DNA from: Hydrolagus affinis
Lineage: Eukaryota
DNA: 64,000 bases
NCBI GenBank assembly: GCA_012026655.1
Contig: JAAILG010000006.1
Span: 1 to 64,000, forward strand
Direction of reading: 5' to 3'
In this document: positions 63,391-64,000 of the stretch, in pieces
Layout of the letters: each line of letters begins with the position of its first letter
Numbering within the stretch: position 1 is the first letter of the stretch
Translations under genes and position numbers: made by a program
Notes under the pieces: generated by a model
What the model was told of the DNA's origin: nothing
The model's input: only the letters and a program-made list of their open reading frames with translations
Database searches by the model: none

Positions 63391-63667
63391 AATCAGACCA
63401 TTTTCTGATACTTTCTTCACACAGCAAAGTGTAGAGTTATGAAGGGTATAGGTGGAGTTAGGGGAAATCAGAGTGTGGGTTAATCAACGATTTCTCTTAC
63501 AGGGTTTAAGATCAACGTTACTGGAGGTTTTAGTATAGCCTTATTATAATAAATATTAATAATCCATGCTTTTGATGTTCCAGGGTTCACGTCAGGAAGA
63601 TGTCTCAAAACACTTCACAGGATAAACTGTAAAAAGTGTAATGATCGTGAATTTTGTCGGTGTAAAT

Positions 63668-63735
63668 GTTCCTTTCTCTAGCCCAGGGCTTATTGAAGCC
63701 AATTGTAGCCCTATCTACTTCCATTGCTAAGATGA
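63668..63735 (-). mobile_element. AmnSINE2-like fragment
   Basis: Reverse strand gggctacaattggcttcaataagccctgggctagagaaagga. Confidence 0.55.
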
Positions 63736-64000
63736 AAAGCCTGAAATTCCACCTTGTTTTAGCCTGCAGGATCTATTTGTCTTAAAATTAAACGATCTTT
63801 CAGAATTGAGGAAATAAAATCCTGCATTCAGTCTGAATTTGAAAGTCTGCTCCACCTAAGAACTGCAGGAAATTGCCTGCCATATATTCTGAAATATTCT
63901 GAAATTTAGAAGTTTTCACAAATCTTCAACTTTAAGGCATTATGGTTTTGCAATTTAACAATGTCTAAAATCAAATATTTGCAGTCGATGCGGCAATTAT

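Noticed and set aside
1-64000. CRISPR array or prokaryotic operon
   Set aside because: No regularly spaced repeats or dense coding; the recurring motifs are dispersed SINE/LINE tails in vertebrate DNA.

Overview
AT-rich, repeat-dense eukaryotic non-coding DNA. The repeat inventory points to a cartilaginous fish, probably a chimaera/elephant-shark relative (inferred from remembered family sequences; no database search was run). No protein-coding gene, rRNA, genuine tRNA or CRISPR array could be supported. The long ORFs in the track are chance ORFs or LINE/SINE remnants. The window looks like a large intron or gene desert. It contains: (1) many copies of a tRNA-headed SINE with a CORE-like segment, a Deu-like 3' body and a LINE-2-type stem-loop tail ending in (TTA)n; (2) older Deu-domain SINEs; (3) LINE-2 and CR1 3' fragments, including an uninterrupted L2 RT fragment at 1-176; (4) two Tigger/pogo-type MITEs with TA target duplications; (5) a TCTAGA-containing palindromic element family; (6) LF-SINE-like and AmnSINE2-like relics; (7) several repeat-free, TF-motif-rich blocks that may be conserved enhancers. 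The most notable object is a ~244-bp fold-back element at 34327-34570. It has a 14-bp target-site duplication, and each arm carries a minimal hammerhead-ribozyme motif of the Penelope-associated type with a different core mutation. Repeat boundaries were judged by eye and are approximate unless TIRs or TSDs are given.
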